A stretch of 64,000 nt of DNA from Lama glama. Taxonomy: Eukaryota. The number at the start of each line of letters is the position of its first letter. Within the stretch, counting starts at the first letter, position 1. Below, one piece after another: positions 12,286 through 24,345 of the stretch. Made by a program: the position numbers and the translations under genes. The stretch covers positions 13,394,001-13,458,000 of the forward strand of contig CM052817.1 of NCBI GenBank assembly GCA_028534125.1, read 5' to 3'. The notes beneath the pieces are model-generated. The model saw only the letters and a list, made by a program, of their open reading frames with translations, ran no database searches and was not told where the DNA came from.

Positions 12286-15231
12286 TTTTGGAGGCAACTG
12301 CACAGAAGGGAGATTCCAAACCCAACCAGGACATGTGAGAGCATCTGCATCCAGTGCTGTGGTTACTATATTGGAACCACCTCCACTCACTGGTTTCCTC
12401 CTGAATCATTACCCTAAACCACTCTCCTGTTTTTCAGAATTCCTGGTTAACTAAGTGGTCCCACTGACCACATAGACAGCTTCTAGTCCATTCAATGCTT
12501 CTAATCCTAGTCCCTACCACATGTGCTGTCAAGGATGACATGGTGCAGGGGTCTCTTCCTCTGTCCAGCTCTGGACCACAGGCCCCAAGCCACATAGGCA
12601 CGCTCTCTCCCTTTCCAAACCTCACCCCAAACTCTCTACTTTGCTTCACATGACGATGGTGACTCAACTCTGCCCATTTGGACTCTGTGTATATCTTTAG
12701 CTTCTTGATTCTTTTTCAGATTGGACCGAAAGCTTCTTTCACTTCACTCTTTTGTAAATTTTTTTTTTTGCTTTGTTTGACAGTATTTAGAGCCAGTTAT
12801 TTTTAAAAATCTTCTCAGTAACCCTTTGCCTTTTTCTATTGGGATCAGCATTGGAAATACTTTCAATACAAAATAAGAATTAAACTTAACAGCCCATTAA
12901 GTGTGTTGCTGTGGGCTTCATTGGTGCTTCCCACATTGGAAACCCACTGGGCATTCACACACAGGCCAAGACCACAGTATTCAATGACATCTCTTCATCT
13001 TGCAAATTTTAGAAGACCTTTTTAAAAATACAACTTTTTAAAAATACCATGTGCTTTAATTGATACAGCAAAGTCTTCCCAGTCTGGATTCTCAAACTCC
13101 AATATTCTAACAAGATGATTAATTTACCCAGAAGCTGTGTGAAAGGGGCTTGAGATTCAAATCCAAGTTCCTAGCCGAGGAAGACTAAGGAAGTTTCTTC
13201 CCCTTTTTGAATCTTTGGTCAGTATCTGTAAAATGGGGATAAAAATATCTATGTCACAGTATCTGGGACAGATGAATGGTAAGATAAAGAAGATGGCCAG
13301 TACGATGACTGGTATATGAAAGGTGCTTAATGAAGAGTTATGATTATTTTCAGTCTTTCAGGACAGTGTGATTTATTTTCCAGTGATGAGACTGCCCTTT
13401 CTTCCCTTTGGACTGGGAATTTACGAGCCCAGTGTCCTGACACTGATTAGCTCATGCTGACCAAAAGCTATGATCAGCAGTTACAGACGTCTGTACTTGA
13501 AATCAAGACAATAAATTATTTGGGGGTGTAGAGTGGAGCGAATTTTTCACACAGTGCAGCCCATAGGTGAAAAATGGCACAAATGAATGATGCCAAGTGG
13601 ATGTTATTAAAGAGCTGGGGTCTTGGAGTCTCTATCTGACCACAAGCAAGTTTTCGAACTGCTCTGAGATTTGGGTACATCCTCTGAGAATGTGCTTTAC
13701 CCGGGGTTCCTGTAAGGGTGAAAATTGAGATACTACGTCAAGACCCTAGCACTGGGCCAAGACAGCAGGTGCCCCGCAAATGATCACTTTCAACTCTTCC
13801 TTTGTGGCAACATGGTAAGAACCACTGTTTTATCCCCACATCCGCTCACCAACGCACACACGCCTGGGAAGGCGTTTTATTCCTGAGAATGACAGCACCA
13901 TACATCCTTAATAGCAGGTGATCAGGTTAGACCGCAGCCCCGAGACTAGGAGATTCAGGGCCTGATTGCATATATCTAATTAATCTCAAAGCTACATCTT
14001 CATTCCCTCAACAGGAGACCACTCTCAAAATCCCTTCAGAAAACATATTTTATTTTTTTTTCTCTCACCATATTTTTTAACTTCCAAAATGGACTTTGTC
14101 TAGCTGAGTTTATCCCGACAGCCTCCACTGGCCACTACCTTGCCTCTTATCCTGTGGGTGCCCTAAGTTGTCGTGAAACGTTTTTTGTGTGTCCATCAGC
14201 CTCCAAGATCTCCCCTCTCTGTCCTTGAGAGAAGAGTGCTTCTCAGAGCTGGGGGAGGAGCACGCTGGGGAAAAGCCTCAGAATAATCCTGGCTGAATTT
14301 GGCATTTGCTTCAATCTTTGATCTCAGATGCAGGAAAGTGTCAGCCAGACCAAGGTCAGCTTGTATCTAGGCTTGTATACGTGAAGTGGAGGGACTTCAT
14401 GGTTAATTGATTAAAACGTCCCATAGAAAGTGCGAGATCAAAGGGCCACTTGCTGATTTTATATCTCTCCGGGGTCCTGCAGGCCATGCCGGTGACACAG
14501 ATGACCTTGAGCATGAAAGTATTCAAAGACTGATGTTTGTTTGTTTTATTCCAAAATGAGAATTGTGCTTCCCAGGGCTGCCTGGTGGCAGGCTGCACTG
14601 TGGGCTCCCCGTGGCCCCAGTCTGTGTTTAACGGGGGGCTTCAACTGGAACAGCAACCACAGACAAGAGGGCACGACCTTGTCATGTTGCCACCAGCACC
14701 TCTGTCTGCCAAACCCCAAGGAAACAGACTCCATTATGTTACTGGAAGGCAAAGACCACAGTCTTCTCTCTCTCTCCTTTTTTTTTTTCTTATTTCCAGT
14801 AAGCGTCAAGGAGAGGTTCACAAAGTACAGGGTCAGTCCCTGGAGCTGAGCCGAAAGGGAGACCAGAGACTTCCCATTGTCCCAACTGTCCTGATAGGAG
14901 GAGCGAGAATCTGTGGGGCAGACATTTTTATTAAGGCCCTCCAGTTACAGGAAACATAGCAGGGGAGGAAGAAGTTGTGGGAGACGGATGAGAAGCATCA
15001 TCAGCTGTCTTTGGTGACACGGAGCCTGAGCAGTGAACGAGCTTCGTTTATCAAGGAGCTGCTCCTCGCCAGGCACCAGCACGTTCCTTGCAGTCTCATG
15101 TGTCCTGCTTCACAGATAGACATGTTTGAGGCCTCTTTGTGGAGGTGGCGCCCCCAAGATCACACAGCTGGAGCTGAGACTTGAACCCATGTTGGTCTGG
15201 CTCTGAAGTCCGCAGCCCCTCAACCAGCCCA

Positions 15232-15596
15232 TGATGGTGTAAACTGTGTCCATGCAAGATTCAAATGGTGGAGCCCTAACCTCAGAATGTGACAGTACTC
15301 AGGGATGGGGTCTTAAAAGGAGGAATTGAGTTAAAATGAATTCAGGTGGGTGGGCCCTAAATGAATATGGCTGGGGTCCTGATAGAAAGGGGAAGTTGGG
15401 ACACAGACTGTTACAGAAGGAGGACCATGTGAAGACATGAGGGGAAGACAATCATCAACAAGCCAAGGAGAAAGGCCTCAGAAGAAACCAGCCCTGCAGA
15501 CAACTTGACCTTGGAACTGCGAGAAAGTGTATTTTTGTGATTTAACCCCCCCCCCAGGCTGGGACTTTGTTATGGTGGCTTTAGCAAATCAATACA
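15232..15596 (+). mobile_element. MLT1A/B-like MaLR LTR
   Basis: ccctaacctcagaatgtgac...gccaaggagaaaggcctcagaagaaaccagccctgcagac...aataca. Confidence 0.8.
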
Positions 15597-17206
15597 TGTT
15601 CCTAGACTTTGTCTGATTTCCCGTAGGAACAACCCAGGGAGGAAAGTGCTGGAGACACACCCCTCCAGCCGGCTCTGTGTAAGAGATGGGCAATGACATT
15701 ATGGGGGGTTGCTGTTTTTTAAGGTACTTTAGTGTAAGTCCTGCTGAAAGAACATTGGTTCTTGTGTGCTGAAGTTCCCATCATACTACAGAAGGTAATA
15801 AGTGAAAATTTTTACATCCTTTGAGAAGCTTCCCATAACCCCACACCTCCAGAACAGTTTCAATGAATCTATTTTTTGGTACCAAAGACCTGGTTCATGC
15901 CTCCTTCTTAGGGTTTAGCATCCTTCTCTGTAACTCTGCATCCTACACTGCAAATGCCTTGAGATCTTGAATTTGTCTTATCCAACTTTATGTTGTCAAG
16001 ACCAAGGAAAAGGCTTTATTCAGGATAGTGAAATGAATCAACTAAGACAGAGACACACCTCAAGGGGGCCACCCTCCACTATGATTACCTTGGCAGGTAC
16101 TGCGATCTAGAGACTCCTAGAGTTAGGAACAGGGACAGAAAAGAGGGGCTCATGTTCAAAAATGAAAGCGCAGGTGGCCTTTTGAGCTGGTTGGGTGGAA
16201 TGCTGATGCGGGTACTGGAGGAGGAGGACTAGGAGGAGACCCCGCCAAACGGGGAAGTCCTGGGCTTGCTTTTCCTACAGCCACAACCCAGCTTGTCCCA
16301 CTTTTCTAAAAACTACAGCATCTTGTGTTTTGTCTTCATAAAAAATGACCCTGTTGTGTTGTGTGACTCTTAAAGATCAGAGTCACAGGCTCTGAATAGC
16401 TGTCTGAGGAAGGAGCAGGGCTGTCGGCTAACTAAGGGATGTCATTAGATGGACGGTCAGTAAATCTATGCGTGAGATCTTCAGACACTGTTCTTTCTTA
16501 TTCAACTCTCTTCCCTTAGTCGCTCAAACCGGAACTTTCGGACTGTGCACTGGCAGGCTGCTTTCTTCTGTATTTTCCCGGAACCCGCCAAGGAAGGGAA
16601 TGCACAGGTTTGCAGTGCTCCTTACATGCTGGGCTCAACCCAGTGCATTGTAGCTCATCCTTCTTTGTTAGTAGAAAGACAACTGGGACATGGTGTACTA
16701 TCGATGAGAGATCACAAGTACCATCTACCCGCCCCTGCATCCAGCCATCAACAAACGTTCATTGCTCACGTACTGTTGGCTCAGTTGGGCACCATGCTAA
16801 GCAACAGGGCAAACACCAAGGAGTAAAGTCCAACAGATCTAGAACCCAAGGAGCAAACAAGCCAGTGGTGGAGACCTGAAATTATTAATAGTGGAACTTC
16901 GACAGCAATGAAATATCAGAAACATAAATCTCTAGATGCAGCTTAGGATTCTGTGCCAAGTAAATGGCATAGATAAGACAAGGAAAAACATTTCACGATA
17001 AGATTAGGTTTAAAGCTGCTGCCTGAGGATATGTCTGTATGAATGAGCAGAAGGGACATTTTTAGTCGGGATAATAGAGTGAATACAGGATAAAAGGAGA
17101 AATGTGCATACTGAGTAAGGGAGATCACTAACAGTCCTGTCAAGAAAGGAAGATGCTCAAATCCGGGAGTGGAGGAAGATGAGATGGGGGGGAAAGAAAA
17201 AAACAG

Positions 17207-17638
17207 TGTAGTGAATTGAACAGTATTCCTCCACAATTCACGTGCACCCAGAATTCAGAATGTAACCTTGTTAAGAAGGAGAATCTCTGCAGACATAATT
17301 AGCTAAGATAAGGACATAGTGGACTAGGGTGGACCTTTAATCCAATGAGTAGTGACCTTATACAAAGAAGAGAGGACATACAGAGAGACATAGCGAAATA
17401 GGCCATGTAAAGATGGAGGCAGAGGTTGAGTGATGGGTCTACAAGACCAGGAAGGCCAAAGATTGACGGGACCCACCAGAAGGTAGGAAGAGGAAAGAAC
17501 ATATACTTCTTTAGAGCCTGCAGAAGAATCATGGCCCTCCTGACACCTTGATTATGTCTCCAGAACTGTGACGGAATAATTTCTTATTCTAAGTCACCAG
17601 TTTGAGGTAGTTTATTATGGAAACTTAGAAGCCAGTAC
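17207..17638 (+). mobile_element. MLT1C-like MaLR LTR
   Basis: tgtagtgaattgaa...agatggaggcagag...catggccctcctgacaccttgatt..tccagaactgtga. Confidence 0.8.
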
Positions 17639-18009
17639 TGCTAGATTAACACAGATTAAGATTCACACTCTGGAGTCAAGCACACCTGGGTCATATCTCA
17701 GCTCTGCAGTTCCCTAGCTTGGAGACTTTGAACAGGTTAATTTTAATTCTTCAAACTTTAATTTCTTAGCTGTAATATTGCTAAAAAAATACCTACTATG
17801 ACATATGGCTTCTGTGAGAATTAAATGAGATAAAATATGCCATGTGTTTAACATGACAACTGAAACAGAGTAAGCACCCAAACCATGTCTCTTATGATCA
17901 CTGATATCATTCATTATTTTTAATAAAAGTGCTCTCAATATTCAAAGGACTGTGATAGATGATGCAGGCAATATGAAAATTAACAAGAACTTTTTGCTCT
18001 TAAATCACT

Positions 18010-18403
18010 GTCTGTCAGCTCAGGCTACTATAACAAAAACACCATTGACTGGATGGCTTAAACCACAGACATTTATTTCTCATAGTTCTGGAGCCTGGAA
18101 ATCCAGGATCAAGTTGCCAGAAGATCTGGTCCACGATGAGGGCTCATTTCTTGGCTTGTAGACAGCCACCTTCTCGCTGTGCACTCTCACGGCTATTCCT
18201 CCCTGCATGCCTGTTGAGAGAAAGAGAGAGTTCTTGTTCTTCCTATTTTTCTAGGGGCACTAATCCCCATCATGAGGAAACTCCATCTACATAACTTTAT
18301 CTAATCCTAATTACCACCCAGAGGCCCTGCATGCAAATACTATCACATAGGGGGTTAGAGCTTCAATACAGGAATTTGGAGGGACACAAACATTCAGCCC
18401 ATA
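18010..18403 (-). mobile_element. MLT1A-like MaLR LTR
   Basis: ggcttaaaaccacagacatttatttctcatagttctggag...gggacacaaacattcagcccataa. Confidence 0.8.
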
Positions 18404-18421
18404 AGAGTTTCCAAAACTAGA

Positions 18422-18518
18422 GGGGAGAGTATAGCTCAGTGGCAGAGTATGTGCTTAGCATGCACAAGGTCCTGGGTTCAATCCCCAGTACTTCCACTAA
18501 AATGAATGAATGAATGAA

Positions 18519-18553
<35 letters not shown>

Positions 18554-18604
18554 ACTAACTAACCTAATTACCTCCCCAACCCCAAACCCCCAAAACAACA
18601 CAAA
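18422..18604 (+). mobile_element. tRNA-Ala-derived SINE (camelid Vic-1 type)
   Basis: A box TAGCTCAGTGG 18432-18442, AGC anticodon remnant, B box GGTTCAATCCC 18475-18485, (TGAA)n(TAAA)n tail; 16-bp TSD with 2 mismatches (18403-18418 / 18605-18620). Confidence 0.85.
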
Positions 18605-19659
18605 AAGAATTACCAAAACTGAAAAGAATTTTATCATCTACATCTATCTACAGTGAAAACTGCAATATACTTTTACTATAAATGTTAGACTTTCTAAAAT
18701 AGAACACACAAAACCATATTCCCCTTTTCCAACCTTTCCACTTGCACTTTGTGTTGGAGGCAGCTGCAGTGGTATGTAGACACACCAGAGACCTCCTGTC
18801 TTGGGAAAAGCAGGATTATTTGGCTGTGAGACTAGTGATACTGGCAAGGAGGGAGTCAGCTGAGACCTAGCAGAATATAGCAGTTGGGGAAAAAAAGTTT
18901 AGCAGGCCAGCAATACCCATACCAGCTTAAATATTGATCAGCATCCTGGAATAGCGGTTCAGTCCTTTCCAGACTGTGCCTTTGTGGGCAAAATCGTAAA
19001 GTGAACATTTTAACAAGTGGTTACAAAACTGAATTTTCAAATCTGTTAAGTCATTGCCTCCTCCCAACCGGGAGAGACTGGGAGGCAGCTCTCCTGTCAA
19101 AAGCTTGCTGGTGAATTCCTTGGGGCTGATCTTCCAGCTCGCAGAGTTATTCATCATTTTAGCGAGCATCCTCGCAGGGGCCCCTGGTGATTTACATGCT
19201 CCAGATAAATTATGATGCCTCTCATGATGTTATCATCATTTCAGCTCATGGATTCCAACACTTTCTGGGAGAGGACTTTTTCACCCTTTCTTAAATGATG
19301 AACAGCTCCCAGACAGATTATATTGTAGTTGTCAAGTTAAAAGATAGAGGTATGTTTTCTTAAAGATAAACAACTTGGCCACCACAGCTAGTCGGCCCAG
19401 CAACAGGAAAACATTGTCCGCTGAGAGTTCACTGTTTATCCCACCTGGAAAAGATCATCAGACTTGCCTGGTCTTTTATTCCTTTTCTATTTACTGATTT
19501 TCTCCTGTAGATTCACCAGGCTATTCCATCTCTAGCAGGGGATCACCTAAATAAAGCTTAAAGTCTGCTTCTGGATTCCAGTAAATCTCCAAGGAGCCAA
19601 TGCTCAGCTTTGACCTCATTTGACCTCAAGAGGACTGGGCTTTGCGTTCTGCCCTGTCC

Positions 19660-20117
19660 ACAGACCAGGTGCACGTGCTACGTTTTATGGCAAGGGGGAA
19701 TTCAGGTTGTAGATAAATGGGAGTTTGCCAATCAGCTGACATTGAAATGGGAAGAAGGTCCTGGATTATCCAGGTGGGCCCAATGTAATTCCAAGGGTCC
19801 TTAAAAACAGGAGAAGGAGGCAGGAGTCTCTGCTTAGAGTGATGTCGCAGGAGAGCGATCTGACTGGCCAGTGTTGACTATGACGAGGGATATGGCAGCC
19901 ATAAGCCAAGGAAAGCCAGTGGCCTCTAGAAGCTAGAAAAGGCAAGAAAATGTTTTCTTTCCTCAAGCCTTCAGAAGGAAACACAGCTCTGCCAACACCT
20001 TGATTGTAGTCCAGCGGGACACATGTGGACTTCCAACCTCCAGAACTGTGAGATAAGAAATTTGTGTGTTTTGCACCTCTGTTCGAGATAATTTTAAAGC
20101 ATCAATAGGAAAATAAT
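19660..20117 (+). mobile_element. MLT1D/E-like MaLR LTR
   Basis: cctggattatccaggtgggcccaatgtaat..agggtcctta...ggcctctagaagctagaaaaggcaag. Confidence 0.8.
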
Positions 20118-21965
20118 AAAAGGAGACACGTTTTAATTGTCCTCCACTTTGCACACCCAGCCCAGTGCTGGCACACAGCAGCTCCTTAATAAATGCTGGG
20201 TGAATGAATGATGTCCAGATGTCACAAAGCAAACGTCCTCTCTTTCAAAGTCACTGATCCCTCTGGGGTGCCCTTAGTTCCTCTCTAAGGTTGCTTCTAG
20301 TTTCCCTTTCATGGGTGCACCAGTTGGGGCCCATTCCTTGGGCTCCAGTAAGCCACTCTGCTCCCTTTGACAGCCCAGCTGCTGCCCGTGGATTTTCTTA
20401 GATGATCCATCATTAGTTCAAAGGGAAGTGTCAATGCCTTTCTCACTTCTGTGGCTTCATCCCTACTCTTTTCCTCACATTGGTGCTCAAACCTCCTAAA
20501 TCACCCGGAGTCTCCCAGCGCACAACTTACTTCATGCCTCCGTGATGCAGGTACTGTTTTTTTGTTTTGTCTTGTTTCGTTTTGTTGTTTTGTTTTTGTG
20601 ATAAGTATATCCTTGTTCTCTTGGTTCAGGTGACAAACTCATATTTGTCCTTCCAGAATTACATCTTACAGTCCCTCCAGGATTCTTCTCTGACCCCTTA
20701 GATAGAAGTATTTGAATTTTCCTGTGGGCTCTGCTTTTAAACTTCTTCACTAAAACTACTGATGCACTTGGTTTTTACTGTAAAACTTGGCCTCCTCCTT
20801 CATTTTCCCTTCATTTTGGTGCCGACGACCTCACGTTCAGCACCAGCATCTTTCACACCTTGAAAGTAGGCTTTCAATCACTACGCAAGGAGTTAGTGAA
20901 CATGCTGTAGTTAGAAATTTAACCTTTGAAACTTTAAAGTAAGAAGATATTTACATCTATATTATGAAGAATAGACAGAATTTTCATCTAGGAGAGAAGA
21001 AACTTCTATTATTGTGTCCTCAGATTTAGGAAGGCAGACCATTTAACTTTATTTTTTTAATAATGTATTTTTTTTCATGAATACAAACACCAGTGTATTA
21101 TTACAAGGAATTCTGTTTAAGTATTTTGGGTTGTGAAGTTGGTGCTGAGTTACTTAGTGTATGGTATTCAATTCAGAGCAGACGTTTTATATGATGAAGA
21201 TTTTGTAGTGTGTGTTCTCAGTGTAAAGAAGAGTCAGAGGAGAAACAAAAGGATTCCTAAATCTGGTAAATTGTGTCTAATGGAATCGATTAAAATTATT
21301 GGCTTGTAAGATGGCAGGTTCTGAGAAAAACACTACCTCTATAACTTTCATGTTTTTCTCCACTGTTGAAATTTCTTTGAAATGAGCATGGGTTGAGAGG
21401 AGGAGGTTAAGGTCAAGTTTATGTAACTGAATCAAGTGCCTTGATGATTATTTTGGCTGTCCTCATGATTGATTTCTCCGTGTCATTCAGAATTAATCAG
21501 GAGAAAATGCAGGTAATCAGATCAGCTGAGCCTGAGTCTGGTTCGATGACCATATGTGACATGGCTAAGGACTTATTTTCTTCACACGCCATGTCCACTG
21601 ATCGTCAACCAAGAGGGGAATCACTGAGTTTTCCCCACGGAGTTGTGATTAAGGAGGGAGAGGAGGACTGAGTTTTACTTGCATTCGAGCATAAAGGAAA
21701 CAGCAACTGTGTACTTTGCAAATGGTCATTATCACTGAACCGGTTTCGGGACATTGTGGGTCCATAATTTGAAACTGGAGTTCATGACTGCACTATTTTC
21801 AATGATGTGAACAGTCCTATGGATTTTAATTATTTTATGAGCATCTCTTCATTAGAAGAAGAGCCCATGAATCACATAAAAAGAAACTACTTTTACTCAT
21901 GTCACTTAAAACGAATTCTGTATTAGAGGAGCTTACAAAGATGTAGGTCCTTGGCAGACAAGCAC

Positions 21966-22140
21966 TAAGATTGCCAGATTAGCAAATGAAAACACAGGAC
22001 ATCCAGTTAAATTTGCATTTTCTATAAATCACAAAAATTTTAGTACAAGCCTGTCTCACATATTACATGGGACATACTTACATTAAAAAATGGCTGTTTA
22101 TCTGATATCTAACTGAATATCTATTTTATCTGGCAGGCTT
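21966..22140. mobile_element. MER53 palindromic hAT MITE
   Basis: ttgccagattagcaaat..acaggacatccagttaaattt...tgggacatactta...attttatctggca. Confidence 0.8.
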
Positions 22141-23131
22141 CGCAGGTACTCTCTGGGATATGCTCTCTTTAATGGCTTTAAGCAACTACAACTTTTGCTG
22201 CATGTATATGAATCCAACTAAATGTCTTTTTAATGACCATCTTTAATTATCAGATTAGTGGAGTTATAATTGAAAGGATGATAAATAAGGATGAAGGCTC
22301 AAACGTGTTTACTAAAAAGTTAGTCAGTCTAGTTTGGAAAGAGGATGTCACAAAGTAATGACTCTGGGAATTGAGCTGGGAAATGTATGACAGTCTGATT
22401 GTATTTGTATTTCATTTGATATATGAGATGGGATTACTGCCACGCACGGAGAAGAAAAATATACCTCTTGGATACTGGGGTAGCTAAGATGATAGAATAA
22501 ACTTGTTCAAGGAAGTGTGGCAGCAGAGGAAGCGGCTTAGGTTTGGAGTTCATCAGAATAGCAATTACCCAAGTGGGTCAGTTTTTTTTTTTAAGCAAAT
22601 AGATTTTGATAATTGAAGTCTAGGAGGAAACCACCTGGTTTATCCAATTGACCTTCAAAGTGCAAATACCCAAGTGATTTATGTCATTTTTAAACTCTGT
22701 GTCTCCAGTTAATGGCTACTCTCTGGATTATTTGGGGAAAAAACAGCTGGCTCTTGTAATTATTATTACGGGATTTGAACCGATATAAAGAACATGCTCT
22801 GTTCTTTTAAACATTCCTTATGCACCTTCATAAACAGCCTGCTGCCCCACCGCAGCCCTCCAGCTATCACATCGCTACCCCCTTTTAATCGTAGGCGCTG
22901 TATCTATAACTAAAAAGTGCCCAGCCAAAGAGCCAGTCATGGGAATATCCTGTCTGCAGAATTTGAGATACCATTAAAAAAAATCTTTGGCCAAGATCAA
23001 GCAAATTGTATCTTTTTTTCATTGTGAATATTTGGCCTTGTATAGACAAAGAAATAAATTCGCAAGACCAAAAGTTGCCTTAAAAGGTTAGCTAAGGAAT
23101 CCCTTGCTTCTAAACAGGTTAATACCCTAAA

Positions 23132-23341
23132 CCAGGGTTTCTAAACAGCAACACCAATGGCATTCTGGACCTGATAATTGTTTGTTTTGGGGCACTGTCT
23201 TGCACATTGTCCAGTGTGTAGTAGCATCCTTGGCCTCTGCCCCCTGTATGCCAGCAGGCCCTTCACCTGCCAGTCGTGACAACCTGAAAGGTCTCCAGAC
23301 ATTGCCAGATGTCCCTTGGAGAGGATAGTTGAGAAACACTG
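23132..23341 (+). mobile_element. MER20 (hAT-Charlie) DNA transposon
   Basis: cagggtttctaaac...tctccagacattgccagatgtccc...gttgagaaacactg with terminal inverted repeats. Confidence 0.85.
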
Positions 23342-23717
23342 ACCTAAACGGTCCAGTATTGCTAGTTTTATTCTGTACCAATTAGTATGAGGGGTGGCAG
23401 TAAAAGCCGAGTTTCATCTAGGAAATGTTGGTAGAGTGAGAGGTGTGGGAATGCGATAGGGTTGGGGATAGAAGGGAAGGGTAACCGCCACAGCTACATC
23501 ATTCATTCATGCATCCAGCATCCTTCATTCATTTGTTCATTCAACAAATGTGCATTGAGAGCATTCTAAGCAGAAGGCAGTTCCGAGGGCTGGGGATTCA
23601 GCAGGAAAGCAAATACAAATTCCATGCCCTGAAGGAGCGTCTGTTCAAATGGAATGCAGGGGACAGTGAACAAGAAGATCGCTTCTGTATCAGGTGTTAG
23701 TAAGTGATGGGCGAGGA

Positions 23718-24345
23718 TGTTATTCTGCTTCGGGTTAAAAAACAGGAAACACCAGCAGTTTTAACAGCGAAGATGTCCTGTAGGGAACGGGTTGACAAGG
23801 TGTCAGAGGACAACAAAAGCTACAAGAGTGAAAAGAGGACACAGGTTACACAGAGATAGAATTTTAGGAAGCTGCTGCTACCCCGAGGGCTCGGGGAACA
23901 AAGGGAACAGGGTACAGTGACTAGAACCTGGAAACTTAGAAAAGATGTTGGTTGATGTGGATCCAGGCCACTGAGGAAGTGGCCCTGCTGGCTGTGGCTG
24001 ATACCTGTGGGGCTGTGATTAAGTTTGGGGGAACTAGGGGTGACCGGCCCACTGGGGATAGTATCTCTGAGGGATGTGTTAAGGATGCTTCTGAAAATAT
24101 GGAACAAGTCTGTTCAGTGAAACCAGCTGCTAAGCTGTCCTGACACTGACGGAAACAGCGAGCCGACAGCAAGGGGCAAGTGGCCTCCTTACTTGGGACG
24201 CGCTCTTTTTCTCTAGCGCCACCTATTGGCAGACTGTAAAAAGGAGCCAGCCAGCGCAGGGAAAGCAGTCCGCAGAGAGCCAGCCCCAGCACCGCAGAGG
24301 AGGGTGTGGAAGGGAAGGCTGAGGCTGGGTCAGAGCCACAGAGCC
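23718..24345 (-). mobile_element. LTR41-like ERVL LTR inserted next to an L2 fragment
   Basis: Old ERVL-like text carrying the CTCF-type motif tagcgccacctattggcag; family assignment from memory. Confidence 0.5.

Noticed and set aside
18422..18496. Possible tRNA-Ala gene
   Set aside because: Has a SINE tail and TSD and imperfect stems, so it is a SINE rather than a tRNA
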